DNA from: Candidatus Bathyarchaeota archaeon
Lineage (GTDB): Archaea > Thermoproteota > Bathyarchaeia > Bathyarchaeales > Bathycorpusculaceae
DNA: 64,000 nucleotides
Reading direction: 5' to 3'
NCBI GenBank assembly: GCA_963733095.1
Contig: CAVTBV010000004.1
Location: forward strand, 20,550-84,549
Below are positions 28,805 through 39,831 of the stretch, piece by piece. The notes below the pieces were generated by a model. The model searched no databases, was not told the origin of the DNA, and saw only the letters and a list, made by a program, of their open reading frames with translations. Position numbers and translations under genes: made by a program. Position 1 is the stretch's first letter, and each line of letters opens with the position of its first letter.

Positions 28805-30103
28805 TTGCTTAATACTTGGTGTCATATGGAAGAGAAGCGCGGAGAATCACCTCATATGAGAAAGAAGCTTTTAGACGAAAACGAAGAAACATACAAAACA
28901 ATGGAAGAAATAGCCAGCATTGCAGACAAAGGAAAAAGCACGCTAAGCTCAATGGGGTCCCAAAAGAAATTGCCATATTCTTTAAACGACCTGCACTTTG
29001 TACCTGCCCAAATTTCCAAAATCCCCCTCAACACAAACGAAATAGTAAACACCCAAGTTGTCATTGGACCTCAAGCAAAAAAACCTCTGAGAGTTTCTTC
29101 TCCAATCATGTTTAGCGGAATGAGTTATGGTGCTGTATCCAAAAATGTAAGGTTAATTCTGGCAGAAGTCGCTTCAAACTTAGGAATCGGATTAAACAGT
29201 GGAGAAGATATCGTTCTAACTGAGGAGATGGATATTGCATCTAAACAGCTTATTGTGCAGTACCCAACGATGAGGTTTGGAATCACCCAAGAAATTCTAA
29301 GAAAGAGCTCAGCGGTGGAAATCAGGTTTGGGCAAGGTGCTTTTCCTGGATGGGAGAGCTTGTTGCCTGCAACAAAGGTGTCGCCTGAAGTAGCAAAGTT
29401 GATAGGAGAAAAGGCGGCTGAAGATGCTTTCTCACCTGCACATCATCCAGACATAAGAAACGAATCCGAGCTTAAAGAAAAAATAAGCTGGCTAAAAGAG
29501 CTAACAAGTGGCATACCCGTGGGGGCTAAGATGGGTTGTGGGAACATAGAAACTGATGTCGAGATTCTAGCTGAAAGCGGCGTAGATTTTATTGCACTTG
29601 ATGGGTTTGGAGGAGGAACGGGCGCAACTGACTTTTTTGTCAGAGAAAACGTTGGAGTGCCCATCATCGCTGCGCTTCCAAGGGCTGACAAACATTTGAG
29701 AAAGATTGGCAAACGAAACAATGTAAGCCTTATCGCGGGAGGAGGATTAAGGACCTCAGCTGACTTCGCAAAGTGTCTTGCGTTAGGTGCAGACGCCGTT
29801 TACATTGGAACTTCGGCGCTAATTGCTATAAACTGTCAGCAATACAGAATCTGCCACACTGGACAGTGCCCCATGGGAGTCACAACAAATGACCCTGCAT
29901 TGGTTCAAAGATTAGGTGTTGACGAAGGCGTTCGTCGATTGACAAATTTTATCAATGTTTCAAATACGGAAGTTGCGAATTTTGTGAGGATTGTTGGAAA
30001 AGATGACGTAAGCAAGTTGGGGATAGAAGACCTTGTTGCTTTGAAAAGAGATTTAGCTGAAGTCACGGGGGTTATTTGGTTAAATGGAAAAGGGTTTTCT
30101 TAA
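28805..30103 (+). CDS. Standalone FMN-binding glutamate synthase-family protein
   Basis: GMSYGA, NSGE, GQGA, SP..HPDI, DG..GGTGA, GGGLR, LGAD and CQQYRICHTGQCP (3Fe-4S). Confidence 0.88.
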   Translation: MLNTWCHMEEKRGESPHMRKKLLDENEETYKTMEEIASIADKGKSTLSSMGSQKKLPYSLNDLHFVPAQISKIPLNTNEIVNTQVVIGPQAKKPLRVSSPIMFSGMSYGAVSKNVRLILAEVASNLGIGLNSGEDIVLTEEMDIASKQLIVQYPTMRFGITQEILRKSSAVEIRFGQGAFPGWESLLPATKVSPEVAKLIGEKAAEDAFSPAHHPDIRNESELKEKISWLKELTSGIPVGAKMGCGNIETDVEILAESGVDFIALDGFGGGTGATDFFVRENVGVPIIAALPRADKHLRKIGKRNNVSLIAGGGLRTSADFAKCLALGADAVYIGTSALIAINCQQYRICHTGQCPMGVTTNDPALVQRLGVDEGVRRLTNFINVSNTEVANFVRIVGKDDVSKLGIEDLVALKRDLAEVTGVIWLNGKGFS

Positions 30104-30213
30104 GACTCAGGAAGTTAGTTTATACTAAACTTGGATATTGGGACGTATTGTCCCTGTTTTGGTACAATTCATTTTAAATACGCGTGGTGCTAACGATTTG
30201 TTGGAGATAGAGT

Positions 30214-31908
30214 TTGCCTGAAAAAGTTTTAGTTACATCCGCTTGGCCATACATTAACGTCACCCCACACCTTGGCAACCTCGTCGGCTCCGTCTTGTCC
30301 GCCGATGTTACAGCCCGATACTACCGCCTAAAGGGCAGTGACGTTTTGATGGTGAGCGGTTCAGACACACATGGCACACCCATCGAGGTAGAAGCCATAA
30401 AACAAGGAATAACACCCAAAGAATTAACTGACCGCAACCACGCCAAAGTATCCGAACTACTCCGACGATGGGGCGCCTCCTTCGATAACTACACCAGCAC
30501 CGAAAGCTCAATCCACAAAGAATTCGTCCAAAAAACCCTCCTCGAAATCCAAAAGAACGGTTACATATTCGCTCAAGACACCCAAATGCTCTACTGTGAA
30601 ACCGACCAACGCTTCTTGCCCGACCGCTTCGTAGAAGGCAAATGCCCCTATTGCGGCTGCGAAAAAGCCCGCGGCGACCAATGCGACATCTGCGGCAAAC
30701 TCTTGGAACCCACCGCTTTAGTAGACCCGTACTGCGTTATATGCAAGAACAAACCCACAGTGAAAACCACGCGGCACTGGTACATCGACCTCACAAAACT
30801 TTCCAAACCCTTAACTGAATACTTAAAAAACAACCCTCAACTTCCAACTAACGTCAAAAATTTTAGTTTAAACTGGATAAAAGAAGGTTTAAAACCCCGA
30901 GCCGTCACCCGCGACATCGAATGGGGGATTCCCGCGCCGTTTGAGGGTGCACAAGGCAAAACCATCTATGTTTGGGTTGATGCAGTTTTAGGCTATGTTT
31001 CTGCGACTATTGAGCAGTGCCAGCGGTTGGGGCAGCCTGAAAAGTGGCGTGAGTTCTGGTTCGACAAGCAAACCAAGACATTATACTTTGTGGGTAAAGA
31101 CAACATTCCCTTCCACACCATAATCCTGCCAGCGCTACTGTTGGCTTCAGGGCAAGGATATAACTTGCCATGGAATGTTTCTGCCACCGAATTCCTCCAG
31201 TTCCGCGGACAAAAAGCCTCCAAGAGCCAGCGCGTGGGCATCTGGATAGACGAAGCCTTAGAAATGTTCCTCGTGGATTACTGGCGATTTTTCCTCATTG
31301 CCACACGCCCGGAGAGCAAAGACACAAATTTCACCTGGACAGCATTCGCCGAGAAAATTAACGCCGACCTAAACGATACCTTCGGCAACTTTATCCACCG
31401 CACCCTATCATTCATAAACAGCAAATTCGACGGGCAAATCCCAGCGCCAACTAAACTTGACAAAGACGACGAAGCTATACTGCAAATAGTTAAAGAAAAG
31501 GTAGAGCAAGCTGCCAAGGAGATTGAAGATTCATGGCTTCAATCCGCCGCTAATACGCTCATCGCCATAAGTCGTATCGGAAACCAGTACTTAAACACCA
31601 AAGAACCCTGGAACCTGATGAAAACCGACAAGGAAAAAGCTGGAACCATCTTCTACGTGGCAACACAAGTGGTCAAGGCAATCGCCGTGGTATCTGAGCC
31701 TTTCATGCCGCAAACGGCGCAACAGCTTTGGCAAACATTAAACCTGCCCGAAAGCGTAGGCAAAAGCAGTTGGAGCGACGCAATTAAACCCATAGAAGCA
31801 GGACACAAAATCGCCAAGCCCACACCGCTATTCCACAAAATCGAAGCCGACGAAACTAAACTCGATGAGCTGCTGGCACAGATAAGAGCTGAGGCACCTC
31901 CAAAATAG
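30214..31908 (+). CDS. metG: Methionine--tRNA ligase (no C-terminal Trbp domain)
   Basis: TSAWPY, HLGN, SD.HG, Zn knuckles, YVWVDA, GKDNIPFH and KASKS. Confidence 0.95.
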   Translation: MPEKVLVTSAWPYINVTPHLGNLVGSVLSADVTARYYRLKGSDVLMVSGSDTHGTPIEVEAIKQGITPKELTDRNHAKVSELLRRWGASFDNYTSTESSIHKEFVQKTLLEIQKNGYIFAQDTQMLYCETDQRFLPDRFVEGKCPYCGCEKARGDQCDICGKLLEPTALVDPYCVICKNKPTVKTTRHWYIDLTKLSKPLTEYLKNNPQLPTNVKNFSLNWIKEGLKPRAVTRDIEWGIPAPFEGAQGKTIYVWVDAVLGYVSATIEQCQRLGQPEKWREFWFDKQTKTLYFVGKDNIPFHTIILPALLLASGQGYNLPWNVSATEFLQFRGQKASKSQRVGIWIDEALEMFLVDYWRFFLIATRPESKDTNFTWTAFAEKINADLNDTFGNFIHRTLSFINSKFDGQIPAPTKLDKDDEAILQIVKEKVEQAAKEIEDSWLQSAANTLIAISRIGNQYLNTKEPWNLMKTDKEKAGTIFYVATQVVKAIAVVSEPFMPQTAQQLWQTLNLPESVGKSSWSDAIKPIEAGHKIAKPTPLFHKIEADETKLDELLAQIRAEAPPK

Positions 31909-31918
31909 AGGCTAACTG

Positions 31919-32581
31919 ATGCAGATAAAAGCAGACCTCCACGTTCACACAACATACAGCAAAGATTCACTCATAACCCCCAAAGACCTCGTTTACTACG
32001 CTAAAAAGTGTGGGTTGAACGCTGTCGCAGTCACAGACCACAACCAACTCGATGGCGCCTACAAGATCGCCGAAGAAACCGATTTTTTAATCATTCCAGG
32101 CATGGAAGTGTCCAGTGCTGACGGACACATAGTTGCGCTTAACGTACATGAACTCATACCTCGCGGTTTAAGTGCCGTCGAGACGGTTGAGCGAATCCAT
32201 AATGCAGGTGGAATTGCAATCGCCTGCCACCCCTTTGTCCTGTTCAAGGGATGCCTAAAAGAAAACGTCGGCGAAACCTTTGACGCCATCGAAATCATAA
32301 ACGCCCGAGCATTTCCCTTCAAAAGAAGCATAAAGAAGGCTACTGAAACGGCTGAGCGCTTAAATCTTTCTTGCGTGGCTGGAACCGACGCGCATTATGG
32401 TCCCCAAATCGGCTATGGCTATACTGTCATCGAAGCATCTGAACCGAGTGTGGAAGCCATAACAAAAGCCATCGTGGAGGGACATTGCCAACCCTTTGGC
32501 AGACCAGTACCAGTCACATTGAACCTTATGCAAGAGTTTCAACGGATAAAACGCAGGTTAAAAATAGGCAACCGCGTTTAA
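31919..32581 (+). CDS. PHP-domain metal-dependent phosphoesterase
   Basis: DLHVHT, TDHN, GMEVS..GH, CHP and GTDAH motifs. Confidence 0.9.
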   Translation: MQIKADLHVHTTYSKDSLITPKDLVYYAKKCGLNAVAVTDHNQLDGAYKIAEETDFLIIPGMEVSSADGHIVALNVHELIPRGLSAVETVERIHNAGGIAIACHPFVLFKGCLKENVGETFDAIEIINARAFPFKRSIKKATETAERLNLSCVAGTDAHYGPQIGYGYTVIEASEPSVEAITKAIVEGHCQPFGRPVPVTLNLMQEFQRIKRRLKIGNRV

Positions 32582-32616
32582 GCAGATTCACGCTTAAGAT
32601 AATCTACACTTAGTTA

Positions 32617-33411
32617 TTACGCGGAATTAAGCCGGAAAGCCAACATATCCAAACCAATCTTCTTCGCATCCCGAACAGGATTAACTTTTGAGGCGCCTTT
32701 TTCCCGCTCAGACCATTGAACCGCCACTTCAGCCACGGGGAACCCAAGTTTTTTGCACCGCACAATCATTTCCGTATCAAAGAAATAGCCGTCAGATTTG
32801 GAAACGTTGAGCACTGCTTCGGCAACTTCACGATTCATCGTTTTGAATCCGCATTGGTGGTCGTGGATTCCGTCAAGAAAAAGCAGGCGCACAGCCAAAT
32901 TATAGGTTAGACTAAACAGAGTCCGCGAAAAACTGCGTTGCACACGTGAGCCCTCAACGTGCCTTGAACCGATAGCCATGCCACCGTTCTTCTTAACTAC
33001 CTGAAGAAGCTGAGGTAAACATTCAAGGTTAGTGGCTAAGTCAACATCCATGAAAGTTATGATTTTGCCTCTGGAAAAGCTAAGGGCGTTTTTTATGCCT
33101 TTGCCTTTTCCCAAGCGTGTGGGTGAATGCAGCAGAAACAGGTTAGGGTTGCGTTTAGCCATCTTCGCCACGATAGCATCTGTGCCGTCGGTGCTGCCGT
33201 CTTCGGACACGATTATCTCGTAGGATTTTGAAAAAGAACGAACAGCCCCCTCAACTTCAAGGACGCATTTTTCAATCTGTGCCGCTTCGTTGTAAGCTGG
33301 CAGAAGGATTGAAATTTCTTTGTCAGGTACCCCACGCTTCAATTCGTTATTCGCCCTTTCCAAACTGGAAAAACAAAGCATTCTTAACCATAAATGAATT
33401 GTGTATCTCAC
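32617..33411 (-). CDS. GT2 polyprenol-phosphate glycosyltransferase
   Basis: LPAYNE, EDGSTD, GKG, DVD, GSR, DHQCGFK and FDTE motifs. Confidence 0.9.
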   Translation of the reverse strand: MRYTIHLWLRMLCFSSLERANNELKRGVPDKEISILLPAYNEAAQIEKCVLEVEGAVRSFSKSYEIIVSEDGSTDGTDAIVAKMAKRNPNLFLLHSPTRLGKGKGIKNALSFSRGKIITFMDVDLATNLECLPQLLQVVKKNGGMAIGSRHVEGSRVQRSFSRTLFSLTYNLAVRLLFLDGIHDHQCGFKTMNREVAEAVLNVSKSDGYFFDTEMIVRCKKLGFPVAEVAVQWSEREKGASKVNPVRDAKKIGLDMLAFRLNSA

Positions 33412-33607
33412 ACAAATTTTGACGCCGACGCCCTAGGGCTATCACAAACTCTTTTTAGATGCCACCACTAATTCTCATCCTAAAAAGGGGTCGCTAAACA
33501 TCACCTCATCAACTGGCACTAGCGAGCAGCCTCCATTTAGAAAAGCGAAGCTAGGTCAGCGACCCAAAACCAGCCTGCGTCAAAAGTGGCAGGCAACTGT
33601 TGCTTTC

Positions 33608-35191
33608 ATGGAAAAATACCATTATCGACCTGTACTTCTAATTTTCTTGGTTATTTTTGCGGTTGCTGTCCTGTATAATCTGGGTTATATGTCGGTACAA
33701 TGGGACGAAATGCCTCATTTGAACGGCGGCTTGCTTCTCAGTCGGGGGCAAACATGGGATTACATGACAACCTACGGTTACTACCCGCCCATCTTTGACC
33801 TTGTAACTACGGGTTACTTCCAAATCTTTGGGGCAAACCAGGTTGCAGGACGTTTGGTGGCGGTGGCTTTTTCGTTGTTGTCGATTTTGGTTTTGTTCGA
33901 GTTTTCCAAGAAAACCTACGGACCCAAAAACGCCTTAATCGCAGCCGTTCTACTGGGGACGATGCCAGGGTTCTTTTGGCTCTCAAGAGTAACCATGCTA
34001 GAAACCATGCTTATCTTCTTCTTCACTCTGGTGATGTTTACTTTCTATTCATGGTTAGCAAAGGACACCTACAAAACGCTGCTCTTTAGCGGCTTAGCCA
34101 TAGGCATAGGTGTTTTAGCTAAATATCAGATTGTTGTTGCTGCCATTGCCATGTTGTTGAGTATCCTGTTTCTGAGCCGAAAACGGTTGAAACTGAGCTT
34201 GGCAAAATTGCTATTGATTTTTGTGATTGTGGTTTTGGTTGTGGTGCCTTGGTTTGTGATGATTTACCATTATGATGGAGTCACAAAGTTCCAGACCCTA
34301 CAGTATGTTATGACTGAAGGCGGCCAAGACCGCCCAGCCTACAGCAACCGATTCCAACCCACCCCAATATTCTACCTTGTCGAGATGACATGGCCCTTCA
34401 ACGACATACCTGTCCACCCGATTTCGCTGCCGATTTTCGCTTTAGGATTATGTGGCTTAGGATTGTTTGCTTACCGAAGAAAAAAACAAGATATCTTCTT
34501 TCTCACATGGTTTGTAGTGGTTTATGTTTTCTTCACCCTTATTCCCAACAGGCAATGGCGGTATGTAACGCCGCTTTTTCCGATTTTAGCCGTTTCAGCC
34601 GCCTCCTTCATATTTTTCCTCTACGGAAGAGTCCGCGCATGGAAGCCAAGGCAGGTAGGCTTCAAGGCAGACCGCTCAAAGAAGCTGGCAGCCGCATTCT
34701 TTATTGTCGTAATAGCGTCAGCGATTGCTTACGCCAGCTACGATTCGTACCTGATGACTGCCAGAGACCAAATACACATCCCCATCCAAGAAGCAACCAA
34801 CTATCTAGCAGCCCACATGGACCAAAACCAATCGGCAGTGCTTGTGTGTGCTTTCAACCTGCTCGACCAAGATATGTTCCGTTTCTACCAGCCCCCAACC
34901 ATGTCCAGCGACCAAATTTGGCAGTACCCAGCTCTGGCGGTTGATGCGTTTACGCCCAACTTTAACATAACTGAATTCGTCAGTCTCTGTCAAGAACGCA
35001 ACGTCAAGTACATCATTCTTTTTGATTGGGGACCACACACAACCTTCTTCAACACAACGCTCGATTATGCCCAGGTTCAAACTTTGATTTATAACACACA
35101 TAGGTTCGGAGACCCACAAGACCAGCCGTTTTTCGGTGAATTCTCAAACAATAAAGGCTTTAGGCTATTTTTGGTTCGATTTTTGGGTTAA
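33608..35191 (+). CDS. ArnT/PMT-like (GT-C) membrane glycosyltransferase
   Basis: WDE, YPP, GRL, LAKY and RY..P motifs; many TM helices. Confidence 0.82.
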   Translation: MEKYHYRPVLLIFLVIFAVAVLYNLGYMSVQWDEMPHLNGGLLLSRGQTWDYMTTYGYYPPIFDLVTTGYFQIFGANQVAGRLVAVAFSLLSILVLFEFSKKTYGPKNALIAAVLLGTMPGFFWLSRVTMLETMLIFFFTLVMFTFYSWLAKDTYKTLLFSGLAIGIGVLAKYQIVVAAIAMLLSILFLSRKRLKLSLAKLLLIFVIVVLVVVPWFVMIYHYDGVTKFQTLQYVMTEGGQDRPAYSNRFQPTPIFYLVEMTWPFNDIPVHPISLPIFALGLCGLGLFAYRRKKQDIFFLTWFVVVYVFFTLIPNRQWRYVTPLFPILAVSAASFIFFLYGRVRAWKPRQVGFKADRSKKLAAAFFIVVIASAIAYASYDSYLMTARDQIHIPIQEATNYLAAHMDQNQSAVLVCAFNLLDQDMFRFYQPPTMSSDQIWQYPALAVDAFTPNFNITEFVSLCQERNVKYIILFDWGPHTTFFNTTLDYAQVQTLIYNTHRFGDPQDQPFFGEFSNNKGFRLFLVRFLG

Positions 35192-35631
35192 CATTCTAGA
35201 AATTCAAAGCCTGTTTCCTTGTTCTTTTCCCGTTTAGCCGAGCCACCTGTTAACTCGAGAATCACAACCTCACCTATTTGCCAAACGTCCACACCCATAC
35301 GAACGCAACCGGTGATGGCTTTGTCGTTTCTGCCAAAACTAGCATGCATATGCAACTTGGGGGTTCCTTCTTGGTCTGTAAAGATTGTACCTACCCCGCA
35401 GCCTTCATGGACACCCTTCAAAAGCGTAACCATAGGCTGAGGAGGCATCGCATTGCCTTCTTTTGGTCCCACAACGACTTTGCTTTTATCCTGTGCGCCA
35501 CCAAGGAAGAAGCAGAGGGCGCTTTTGATTTGTTTTTGGGCTGCAAATTTCTCTATCACTTCGTGGAGTCGTTCGTCGTTGTGGAGTCTTATGATAAAGA
35601 TTCTTCCGAGGTTTGCTTCGGTGTAATTCAA
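35188..35631 (-). CDS. PPC/DUF296-domain protein
   Basis: GR.F.IRL, E..G.G and PKLHMHASFG. Confidence 0.85.
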   Translation of the reverse strand: MNYTEANLGRIFIIRLHNDERLHEVIEKFAAQKQIKSALCFFLGGAQDKSKVVVGPKEGNAMPPQPMVTLLKGVHEGCGVGTIFTDQEGTPKLHMHASFGRNDKAITGCVRMGVDVWQIGEVVILELTGGSAKREKNKETGFEFLEC

Positions 35632-36024
35632 GGTTTATGCCTCTTTCGTGTTTAAAACGGAGAGTATCAAGTATAAAAGAATTGAATTATGGAAAACTGT
35701 TCTGCTTAAAAAGAAGCTTGTGCTTATATTCTGTTTAAGTAGAGTGTTTTTTGGGCGTCTTCTTTTCTTTTCTGTGAAGGCACGGTTGGTTTGCTGGCGT
35801 CTGCTGTTGTAACCGTTATTTTGGTGGTTATTTGGCAGTTTGAGCGGTGCCTTGCTTCATTTTTCTGTGACATATTTTTCGACCTCTTGAAGAGCCATCG
35901 ATGTGGCAAGTTGCACTTATAAACTTTATTCTAATTTTAAAAATGTGCTTTGAATTAATAAATGGTTGTAAATGAAAAATATGACACACGCATAGGCAGT
36001 TTATTCTACACAGCATTATAATAG

Positions 36025-36623
36025 TTAGCGCTTGAAACGGTCATTTCTCCACACATCAGCGCTGTCACTGTACCCCCGCCGCTCCCAAAAACCAAGTTCC
36101 TTGCCCTAGTAAACCGCAAACGCACAACCCAGAGCGCACTCTTATACGCATACTTACTCGGCACAATCAAACGTACAGGAAAACCCAACCCCTCATCCAA
36201 CACCTCACCATTAAGCTTGTACGCCAACAACACATCATCACAAGCAAGCTCCTCACGGAAGAGCGAAGTCGTATATATGTCGGCACACTCAAAAGTCACA
36301 GCACGCGCCACATCCTTTGGCTTAACAAGTTTTTCGATGTCTTTAATTTTGACGCCTTCCCACTTGCAATCCAAAACACTCCAGCCCTCCACACAGTGAA
36401 AATCGCTGATGGAAACGGTTTTGGGAAGTTGCATAAAATCGTTCCAGCTTAGCTTCAAGGGGTTTTCTACTTCACCGTCAACGGTCAGCATGTAGGTTTC
36501 CAGTTGCACTTGTGGGTTGGTTGAGGTTATTCCCGGATGGTCTTTTCCCCAGCGTAAGATTCTGTCAGTAACCTGCTGGTCGGGCGGCAACCTGCTTTTA
36601 TGTTTACTATCCAAAATAATCAC
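36025..36623 (-). pseudogene. Molybdopterin-dependent oxidoreductase (sulfite oxidase/MsrP-like), frameshifted near 36105
   Basis: DFHCVEGWS, YTTS and GFPVRLIVPSKYAYKSA.W. The conserved tail ELGFWERRGYSDSADVWRNDRF* lies in another frame after a GGG run. Confidence 0.8.
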
Positions 36624-36689
36624 TAAGATACATACCGTTTAGGGAAAAGAAAAAGTTTGCTCAGGTAACTGGAAACGTTGACAGAATAG

Positions 36690-36920
36690 CTATGGTTTTT
36701 GGAAGATTGTGTAGCCATCTGCTGTTACTGTGGTCATTAATCCCCGGTCATTGACGATCTTATCGAAGCAGCCTCTTTCGTTTTCATCGTCCCATTTGAT
36801 ACTTAAGCTCCATCTTCCTTGCTTAAGGCTTGGCATGAGGGAGACAACCGGCGAGAAACGCATCGATTCGCATACAACCATCAATTCCTTCAGCAATGAA
36901 AGCACTTCGTCTCTTTTCAT
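36690..36920 (-). CDS. Hypothetical protein
   Basis: 76-aa ORF with protein-like composition, downstream of dinB. Confidence 0.55.
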   Translation of the reverse strand: MKRDEVLSLLKELMVVCESMRFSPVVSLMPSLKQGRWSLSIKWDDENERGCFDKIVNDRGLMTTVTADGYTIFQKP

Positions 36921-37001
36921 AGTTTCAACTCAGGGGATTATATGTTCGATAGCTTACAAGTTTGATTTAAGGCTTATTCAGAAAAAACGAAAAAATATGT
37001 T

Positions 37002-38108
37002 TCAAAGGGTGTTTTGGAAAAAGCTCGTCAGTGATTTCTGCCTTGGCTCATCCTTGCTAAAACCCGAAACTTTAACGCCGACTCTGCGTACTTCAAGCGT
37101 GGATTCGGCCAAAAATCTCTCAAAAAGAAACTTGACGTTTCGAGTTATTGTTTCTTTATCTTTTGCGGGTTGCTCAAGCGTTATCAAGCGACTTTTGCTG
37201 CTCAAATCGGCGTTAACCACATAAATTGAAACTGTCTTAAAACTTAAGCCTTTCTCAGAAACTTCCCGGTAGACAGGCTCGACTAGTTCATAGGTTTTCT
37301 GCAAAATAAACTTTAAATCATGTGTGTCCTGCTTTAGTGTGCCGATTCTGCTTATGGATTCCGCTTCACCCTGCTCGATGACGGGTTCGTTGTCTATGGC
37401 GTTTGAGGCGTTATGAAAGTAGAGGCCGAGACTTTTGCCAAATATGCTGATGAGCCCCTGAACATCGTACTCAGCCAATTCACCTATCGTTTTTACACCC
37501 ATCTGCTCCATCTTGACCGACGTCTTTTTCCCGACCCCCAGCAAGCAATCAACAGACAAGGGCATAAGGAAAACTTGAGCTTCTTCAGGTTTAACTATTG
37601 TTAAGCCGTCGGGTTTTTGGCTGTCACACGCAATCTTTGCGATAAGCTTGTTGGGTCCAACACCGATCGAAAAAGATATGCCAACTTCTGCTTTCACATC
37701 AGCTTTGATTTTTTGTGCATAGTCTCTTGCTTTCTCAAAATTGCCTTCAACTTGTTCAGTAACATCCAAGTACGCTTCGTCCACGCTGACTTGCTCAAGA
37801 CTGGTTGCGTAGCTGCGGAATATCTGCATTATACGGTCGCTGATTTGATCATAATAATCGTGGTCTACAGGGAAGAAAACTGCATCGGTGCCCTCCAACT
37901 TGCGTTTAGCCATGAATAGGGGCATGCCAGATTTGACGCCATATTTGCGGGCGATGTAGTTGCTGGTGCTTACAGCGCCACTTTCCTCTGTGCGACCAGA
38001 ATAGACGCCTACGACGATGGGTTTATCCTTAGAGGCTGGGTTGCGCAGTTCCTCGCATTGAGCAAAAAAATAATCGAAGTCAGCCAGCATAATTACCCGA
38101 TTTTGCAT
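37002..38108 (-). CDS. dinB: DNA polymerase IV (Y family)
   Basis: DFDYFFAQ, NY.AR.YGV.SGMP, SVDEAYLD, AKIA.D..KPDG and GVGKK. Confidence 0.95.
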   Translation of the reverse strand: MQNRVIMLADFDYFFAQCEELRNPASKDKPIVVGVYSGRTEESGAVSTSNYIARKYGVKSGMPLFMAKRKLEGTDAVFFPVDHDYYDQISDRIMQIFRSYATSLEQVSVDEAYLDVTEQVEGNFEKARDYAQKIKADVKAEVGISFSIGVGPNKLIAKIACDSQKPDGLTIVKPEEAQVFLMPLSVDCLLGVGKKTSVKMEQMGVKTIGELAEYDVQGLISIFGKSLGLYFHNASNAIDNEPVIEQGEAESISRIGTLKQDTHDLKFILQKTYELVEPVYREVSEKGLSFKTVSIYVVNADLSSKSRLITLEQPAKDKETITRNVKFLFERFLAESTLEVRRVGVKVSGFSKDEPRQKSLTSFFQNTL

Positions 38109-38983
38109 TGCTCATCCTCCTTTACCTTGGGCATAAGCCATGACCCATCACACACCGCCGTGCTTAAACCATGTAGACCTTCGCGGCAAACCCCAAACTG
38201 CAACCCCCTTGCCAACGCCACATCCCTCACACCCTTTAGGAGCTTATAGCGGAAATCTTTAGGAAGCAACGCGCTTCCCCCGACTTTTTCACCCTCTTGG
38301 AAATACAACGGCTTTAGCTGCTCCATCACCCGGGGCAAAGCTTGGCTTAAACGCGCCCAATTGTCGGATTTGGCTTTGTAAGTCGAGCATGTTATATGTT
38401 TGACACCGATTTCTGCAAGGGTTTTGATGAGTTTTTGGGGTTGGTCGTTAACGGTGGGAATAATTGGGTCGATACGAACTGAGACAGGTACGCCTGCTTT
38501 AATCAAGTCTTGGGCAGCGCGTAGCCTTTGAGAAGGTGTCGGCGCTTTGGGTTCGATGGCGCTAGCTATAACCTCGTTGTCAGTGGTTATGGTTAGAGCC
38601 ACTGTTGCGGGAATCTTGCTTAGAATGTCGTCATCTCGAGCTACGATGTTGCTTTTAGTTATGATTTGAACTTTACAGTTGCACTCTGCCAAAACTTCAA
38701 GACATCGCCTAGTTAATCCTTCTGAGGCTTCGATCCGGGGGTAGGGGTCAGAGGAGTTTGCAATGGATATGGTTTCGCCTCTAAGTTTTGTTGCTTCCCG
38801 CCTTAAAGTGGCAAGTAGGTCTTTTTTTGGGTGGCAAACCTTGAAGTTCGGAATGTAGCTTGACGCGTAGCAGTAGGTGCATTGGTGGTCGCATCCCGTA
38901 TAGGGGTTAAACGTTAGTTTATTTGGGCATGTGCAGAGGCCAGAGCGCCAAGGGTCAAAGCTTGAGATTAGAGGCACTAACAT
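38093..38983 (-). CDS. Spore-photoproduct-lyase-like radical SAM protein
   Basis: NPYTGCDHQCTYCYA, SDPYP..E, ITKS and RIDPIIP; overlaps the dinB start. Confidence 0.82.
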   Translation of the reverse strand: MLVPLISSFDPWRSGLCTCPNKLTFNPYTGCDHQCTYCYASSYIPNFKVCHPKKDLLATLRREATKLRGETISIANSSDPYPRIEASEGLTRRCLEVLAECNCKVQIITKSNIVARDDDILSKIPATVALTITTDNEVIASAIEPKAPTPSQRLRAAQDLIKAGVPVSVRIDPIIPTVNDQPQKLIKTLAEIGVKHITCSTYKAKSDNWARLSQALPRVMEQLKPLYFQEGEKVGGSALLPKDFRYKLLKGVRDVALARGLQFGVCREGLHGLSTAVCDGSWLMPKVKEDEQCKIG

Positions 38984-39186
38984 TCACTTATGAATAGATG
39001 TGCCGTGGGCAAACAAAAAGTATTCGCACAATCCACCTATTTAGATCCTACTATTGGTTCATTGCAGAAACGATAGGGGTAGGTTTATTGGCTGAAAACA
39101 AGTGTAACGTCATTTTTAAAAACATAGTTATCTTACGACAAAGAAAATTAACATGTAGTTGTTTTATTTCAGAGATGATTTCAGCT

Positions 39187-39807
39187 ATGGTTCTAAAGAA
39201 CGTCTCGCTTTCTTCGCTTTAGTCCTCATCTCTACCTAGCAGTCTCTGTAGTCGCCTTCAACAATATCTATATTGGTCCTTCAACTTAGCCGCACGTTTA
39301 TTTGCCCTAAACGTTTTCATCGCTTTAAGCATCGATGCTATTATATCCCGTTCATAAAGGAAATTACATTTTTCTTCAGAAAATCCTTCATAAGCGTGCA
39401 TCATTATTTCGCCGAAGTTGGGTTGTTGCTCATAACCTTGCACCCGATTGTCGTAGTAATTCTAACGTTAAACCCGATGCTTCTTTTGCCAGACTTTAGC
39501 CCCTTCTACCATTTCCAGTTCTACGGCGCAGCATAGTACTGCTCGCAGTTTACATCGCATTTGACCCGGTGCATTTTGAAAAAAATTAATTCTAATTGGC
39601 GCCTTTTCCACTCGCTAATGTACGTGGCGCTACTTTTCGGTGTGGTTCAGGCTAACCTTGCAGATTAGCTCTTCAAAAGTCTTTCTTATGGTTATTTATG
39701 ATGTGTTGTTTGCGGGTGTGCTGGTGGCGTTTGGTTTGAAACGTTTGCAGTTCTACCGAATTAACGCACGCAAAACAAAATGGTTAACCATGGAAAACAA
39801 ATCTTGA
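39187..39807 (+). pseudogene. Decayed ferric-reductase-like (cytochrome b) membrane protein
   Basis: Fragments in different frames: FNLAARLFALN, SFISVHHYFA..GLLLITLHP and NWRLFHSLMYVALLFGVV.AN. Confidence 0.6.
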
Positions 39808-39831
39808 CTATCCTGCAAGTTGAAGAAACGC

